Below are positions 60,969-64,000 of a DNA stretch of 64,000 bases, piece after piece. Where the stretch lies: NCBI GenBank assembly GCA_015066105.1, contig SVOY01000001.1, positions 458,127 to 522,126 of the forward strand, in the 5' to 3' direction. This stretch comes from Oscillospiraceae bacterium. Its GTDB lineage: Bacteria; Bacillota; Clostridia; Oscillospirales; Acutalibacteraceae. Each line of letters begins with the position of its first letter. Within the stretch, counting starts at the first letter, position 1. The notes beneath the pieces are model-generated. The model saw only the letters and a list, made by a program, of their open reading frames with translations. It did no database searches and was not told where the DNA came from. The position numbers and the translations under genes were made by a program.

Positions 60969-61964
60969 TTATTCGGTCGGCTTTTCTGATGAGAGGGGAT
61001 TATTCGATATTGCATCCTTGACCTGCTGATTTTCAATGTGGGTATAAATCTCCGTTGTTGCAAGATTTTCGTGCCCCAGAACCTCCTTTAGGGTGAGAAC
61101 GTCAACGTCACCGTGGCGGTACATCAGCGTTGCGGCTGTGTGGCGCAGCTTGTGCACCGAATAGTGCTGACCGTCAAGACCGATTTCCTTAAGATAATGC
61201 TGAACCATAAGCTGAACAGCCTGGCGGCCTATGCGTTTATTCAGCCTGCTTATAAACAGAGCCTTACGTGCATCGTCGTTGGCAAGTCCGTCGTGAGGTC
61301 TGACTCTGAGATATGCGTTAAGGGCAATAATACAGGATTTGTTAAGATAGACCATTCTTTCCTTGTTGCCCTTACCGGTTACAATAAGGGTCTGATTTTC
61401 AAAATTGACGTCGGTAATGTTGAGGGAAACCAGCTCAGCAAGACGAAGACCGCAGTTGAGAAAAAGGGTCAGAATACAATAGTCACGCTCCTTATTTTCG
61501 CCCTTGACGGCGCCAAGCAGTGCCTTGCTTTGCTCAAGGGTGAGGTAGCGGGGGAGTGTTTTTTTGGCTGAGGCTACCTCAAGCATTTCAAGCGGATTTT
61601 TGTCTATATAGTGCATTTTTACGGACAGATATTTAAAAAGGCCCCTTAAGGCTGAGGCTTTACGCATACGGCCTCTTGCCTCAATATTCCGCTCATTTTT
61701 GCAATATGTTAAGAAATTGTTAACATTTCTTAAGGTGACGCTGTTGAAGAAATCGCGGCCGAGGTATGACATATCAAAGTCAGCGGGCAAATCCTCGGGT
61801 GAATCAAGGCCGCGCTCAAGCGAAATCATATACCGCAAAAAAAGGCGGATATCTGAAACGTATTCATTTAAGGTTGCCTGGGAGCGGTCCTTGGAAACGG
61901 ACAAATCATCAATATATTCATTAACAAGCTCAGGCAAAAGATTTCTGTTAAGATAAGGAAGCAT
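60969..61964 (-). CDS. tyrosine site-specific recombinase (XerC/XerD family)
   Basis: 331 aa; the full R-K-H-R-H-Y set is readable (GLRLAEL, GKGNKER, HKLRHTAAT, LGHENL, EIYTH); SD AGAGGTG. Confidence 0.9.
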   Translation of the reverse strand: MLPYLNRNLLPELVNEYIDDLSVSKDRSQATLNEYVSDIRLFLRYMISLERGLDSPEDLPADFDMSYLGRDFFNSVTLRNVNNFLTYCKNERNIEARGRMRKASALRGLFKYLSVKMHYIDKNPLEMLEVASAKKTLPRYLTLEQSKALLGAVKGENKERDYCILTLFLNCGLRLAELVSLNITDVNFENQTLIVTGKGNKERMVYLNKSCIIALNAYLRVRPHDGLANDDARKALFISRLNKRIGRQAVQLMVQHYLKEIGLDGQHYSVHKLRHTAATLMYRHGDVDVLTLKEVLGHENLATTEIYTHIENQQVKDAISNNPLSSEKPTE

Positions 61965-62004
61965 TTTTTTAACACCTCTGTGATTAGCTGTATTTCACAT
62001 ATCA

Positions 62005-62033
62005 ACTATACAAAACTTTTTCAAATATGTCAA
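62005..62033 (-). promoter_or_regulatory. recombinase promoter (TTGACA-17-TATAGT) overlapping a recombinase-type half-site
   Basis: The minus-strand -35 is at 62033-62028 and the -10 at 62010-62005. The 11-mer ACTATACAAAA at 62005-62015 covers the -10. Confidence 0.6.
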
Positions 62034-62551
62034 GTAAAGGGACAAAATTCAGTTTTTTTACCAAGCAGGGCAAAAATCCCGTTTAATCAGTTTTTTTCAG
62101 ATGATACAAGTATCGTTTAAAAAATTTCCATCAAATGACATTTTGAGCAAAAAACGATGAAAACGCATTTTTTGAACAGAATTGCTTTGTTTTAAGAAAA
62201 AGACCTGTATTACGTAAGGTTCAGCAGACAGTAAGCTTTGATTAAATCGCTTCATTGAATTATAATGAATAAAACGATACAATATAAAGCTCATACAAAA
62301 ATATAAAACGTATAAGTCATTGTCCGTTTTAAAAAAATTACTTCATAAAGCAAATTGAACCGACATTTCAGATTACGGATGAAGCAGGTCTGAGGCTTAT
62401 TAAGTTTTACAACAGAAAATGCGCAATACATTATATATATTGAAATTAAAGTAATTGCTTTAGAGCGGATGCAGTTGCAAAGATGAGGAGCTTATAGGAA
62501 TTGAAGCTTTTTATTGCATAAAGGCTTATTTCGGCATTTTTACTCCCCTCT

Positions 62552-62579
62552 ACTATACAAAACATTTATTTTGTATAGT
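62552..62579. other. 28-bp dif-like core site: perfect 11-bp inverted arms with a 6-bp spacer (ACTATACAAAA CATTTA TTTTGTATAGT)
   Basis: Read directly; the arm sequence is identical to the half-site in the recombinase promoter. Confidence 0.75.
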
Positions 62580-62594
62580 TGTTTGTTTGTACTG

Positions 62595-62617
62595 CACAAT
62601 CACCCGTTTTCAACAAA
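62595..62617 (+). repeat. direct repeat, copy 1 (CACAATCACCCGTTTTCAACAAA)
   Basis: Matches 63332-63354 apart from the position of a single base in the poly-T and poly-A runs; weaker similarity extends about 25 bp to the left. Confidence 0.85.
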
Positions 62618-62729
62618 TTCGGCAGTCCAAGTATAATTTTACCATTATTGACTACAAATCAGACCAATGTTTTGTTCGTAGCATTGAAAATCAACAAAAG
62701 AAAAACAACGGCGTGTTAATTATATCCTA

Positions 62730-62757
62730 TTGACAATAATTACAAAATAATTATAAT
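62730..62757 (+). promoter_or_regulatory. brnTA promoter (TTGACA-16-TATAAT); the start codon lies at the expected TSS
   Basis: The -10 ends 6 nt before ATG 62764; no SD is present. Confidence 0.6.
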
Positions 62758-62763
62758 ATAATT

Positions 62764-63048
62764 ATGGGAACAATAAATTTTGAATGGGATGAAAACAAAA
62801 ACTCCATTAACAAAAGAAAACATAAAATATCCTTTGAGGAAGCTCAAGGTGTATTTTACGACCCGGATTCACTCTTAATCAATGACCCTGAGCATTCACA
62901 GGAGGAAGAAAGATTTATCATTTTAGGGCTTAGTTTAAAAGCAAATCTGCTTATTGTGTGCCATTACTACAGAGAGTCCGAAAGCGTAATAAGAATTATT
63001 TCGGCAAGAAAAGTAACCAGAACTGAAACTGAACAATATTATGATTGA
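62764..63048 (+). CDS. brnT: BrnT-family (DUF497) type II toxin
   Basis: 94 aa; FEWDE.K...N..KH.ISFEEA..VF.D start and a RIISARK end. Confidence 0.8.
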   Translation: MGTINFEWDENKNSINKRKHKISFEEAQGVFYDPDSLLINDPEHSQEEERFIILGLSLKANLLIVCHYYRESESVIRIISARKVTRTETEQYYD

Positions 63049-63057
63049 GGTGATAAA

Positions 63058-63267
63058 ATGAAAGACGAATACGATTTTTCAAAAGCAATTAAAAATCCTT
63101 ATGCAAAAAAGCTTAAAAAGCAAATTACAATTAACATTGACAACGAAACAATCGATTATTTCAAGTCGCAATCAGAATTTACCGGTGTCCCCTATCAGAC
63201 ATTGATTAATCTTTATCTTGCAGACTGCGCAAAAAATAAAAAACAGCTTCATATGTCATGGAACTGA
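63058..63267 (+). CDS. brnA: BrnA-family antitoxin
   Basis: 69 aa; EYDFSKA..NPYAKKLKKQITI..D pattern; directly downstream of brnT. Confidence 0.75.
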   Translation: MKDEYDFSKAIKNPYAKKLKKQITINIDNETIDYFKSQSEFTGVPYQTLINLYLADCAKNKKQLHMSWN

Positions 63268-63274
63268 ACAGACG

Positions 63275-63300
63275 ACCCGCCCTGAGGGGCGGGTTTAGTT
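63275..63300 (+). terminator. GC-rich stem-loop after brnA
   Basis: 8-bp stem acccgccc / gggcgggt with a 4-nt loop; weak T tract. Confidence 0.55.
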
Positions 63301-63331
63301 ATTAAAACAGTATAATCGCCTGTTTCAACCA

Positions 63332-63354
63332 CACAATCACCCGTTTCAAACAAA
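63332..63354 (+). repeat. direct repeat, copy 2 (CACAATCACCCGTTTCAAACAAA)
   Basis: See 62595-62617. Confidence 0.85.
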
Positions 63355-63425
63355 ACGCCGTTACCTATTGTTATATTTTCATTTTTATGATAAAATGTAT
63401 CAAACAAATTTTAAGGATGAATGAA

Positions 63426-64000
63426 ATGCAGATAAAAATTCAGGACGGTTGCGTTGACCTTTCCGGCGAACCGATTTTAAAAAGAATAAATATCGAAATA
63501 AATACTCAGAGTAAAATCGGCGTTGTAGGCCGTAACGGCTGCGGCAAAACCACGCTTCTGAGATTGCTTGCCGGTGAGCTTCAGCTTTCAAGGGATGACC
63601 CCGAAATGAAAAGCATTTTCACCGTATCGGGAAAGCCTGTTATAGGCACGCTCAGTCAGATTGCCTTTAAGGATAACTCGGTTTCGCTGGTTGATGAAAT
63701 CAGAAGTGCTTACGCTGATATTATCAGGCTTCGTGATGAAATTGAAAGGCTTCGCATAAAAATTGACCGCTCCCCTGCCGATGAGCTTATTGAAGAGTAT
63801 TCGGCAAAGCTTGATTTGTTTACAAATCTCGGCGGATACTATTTTGAAAAGGAATACGAGGCGGCAATCAAACGCTTCGGCTTCAGCGATGCGGATAAAA
63901 TCAAGCCGTTATCGGCATTTTCGGGCGGTCAGCGTACAAAAATCGCCTTTCTTAAGCTGATTTTGTCAAAGCCCGACCTTCTGCTTCTTGATGAGCCGAC
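63426..64000 (+). CDS. ABC-F family ATPase (partial; runs off the window end)
   Basis: Not in the ORF track because no stop falls in the window. Hand translation gives MQIKIQDG..., Walker A GRNGCGKTT, signature FSGGQRTKIAF and Walker B LLLLDEP. An alternative in-frame ATG is at 63417. Confidence 0.85.
   Translation, partial: MQIKIQDGCVDLSGEPILKRINIEINTQSKIGVVGRNGCGKTTLLRLLAGELQLSRDDPEMKSIFTVSGKPVIGTLSQIAFKDNSVSLVDEIRSAYADIIRLRDEIERLRIKIDRSPADELIEEYSAKLDLFTNLGGYYFEKEYEAAIKRFGFSDADKIKPLSAFSGGQRTKIAFLKLILSKPDLLLLDEP

Noticed and set aside
60969-63354. Classical integron (intI plus attI plus attC cassettes)
   Set aside because: The layout (a divergent recombinase and a TA cassette) is suggestive. 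However, no GTTRRRY core sites or attC-type imperfect palindromes flank the cassette, and the recombinase looks Xer-like with no evident IntI-specific insertion.

Overview
This 64-kb window looks like a Firmicutes/Clostridia chromosome, probably a sporulating Oscillospiraceae- or Ruminococcaceae-like anaerobe. Genes are densely packed and mostly on the + strand. Most of the window is conserved housekeeping. This includes hprK-glcK-murB-whiA, miaB-ymcA-mutS-mutL-miaA, and yggS-sepF-divIVA-lspA-rluD. It also includes a split transketolase, trmK-nif3-rqcH, dnaE, a GH38 mannosidase, mntP, lrgAB, pyk, a complete nine-gene V-type ATPase operon, asd-dapA, queA-tgt-yajC and spoIIM-xer. RNA genes are one tRNA-Val(GAC) and a candidate 6S-like ncRNA. 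The unusual content sits in the short AT-rich gaps. (1) A membrane-anchored Hanks-type pseudokinase (HRD replaced by YPN) overlaps the first V-ATPase gene. (2) A 273-bp hairpin-rich MITE-like element with 27-bp inverted ends and a TA duplication splits the asd-dapA junction. (3) Two toxin-antitoxin cassettes of about 740 bp are each bracketed by 17-23-bp direct repeats; one splits the queA-tgt junction. (4) A perfect 11-6-11 dif-like palindrome lies near a tyrosine recombinase gene, and a third half-site overlaps that gene's own promoter. (5) A dispersed heptanucleotide-array repeat family shares an identical 25-mer at two loci. (6) A phage-like orphan gene beside the tRNA carries an Asn/Ser/Cys microsatellite. 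(7) Phased 9-mer repeats lie upstream of lrgAB. All functional calls come from reading the translated ORFs and the DNA by eye; no database searches were run.
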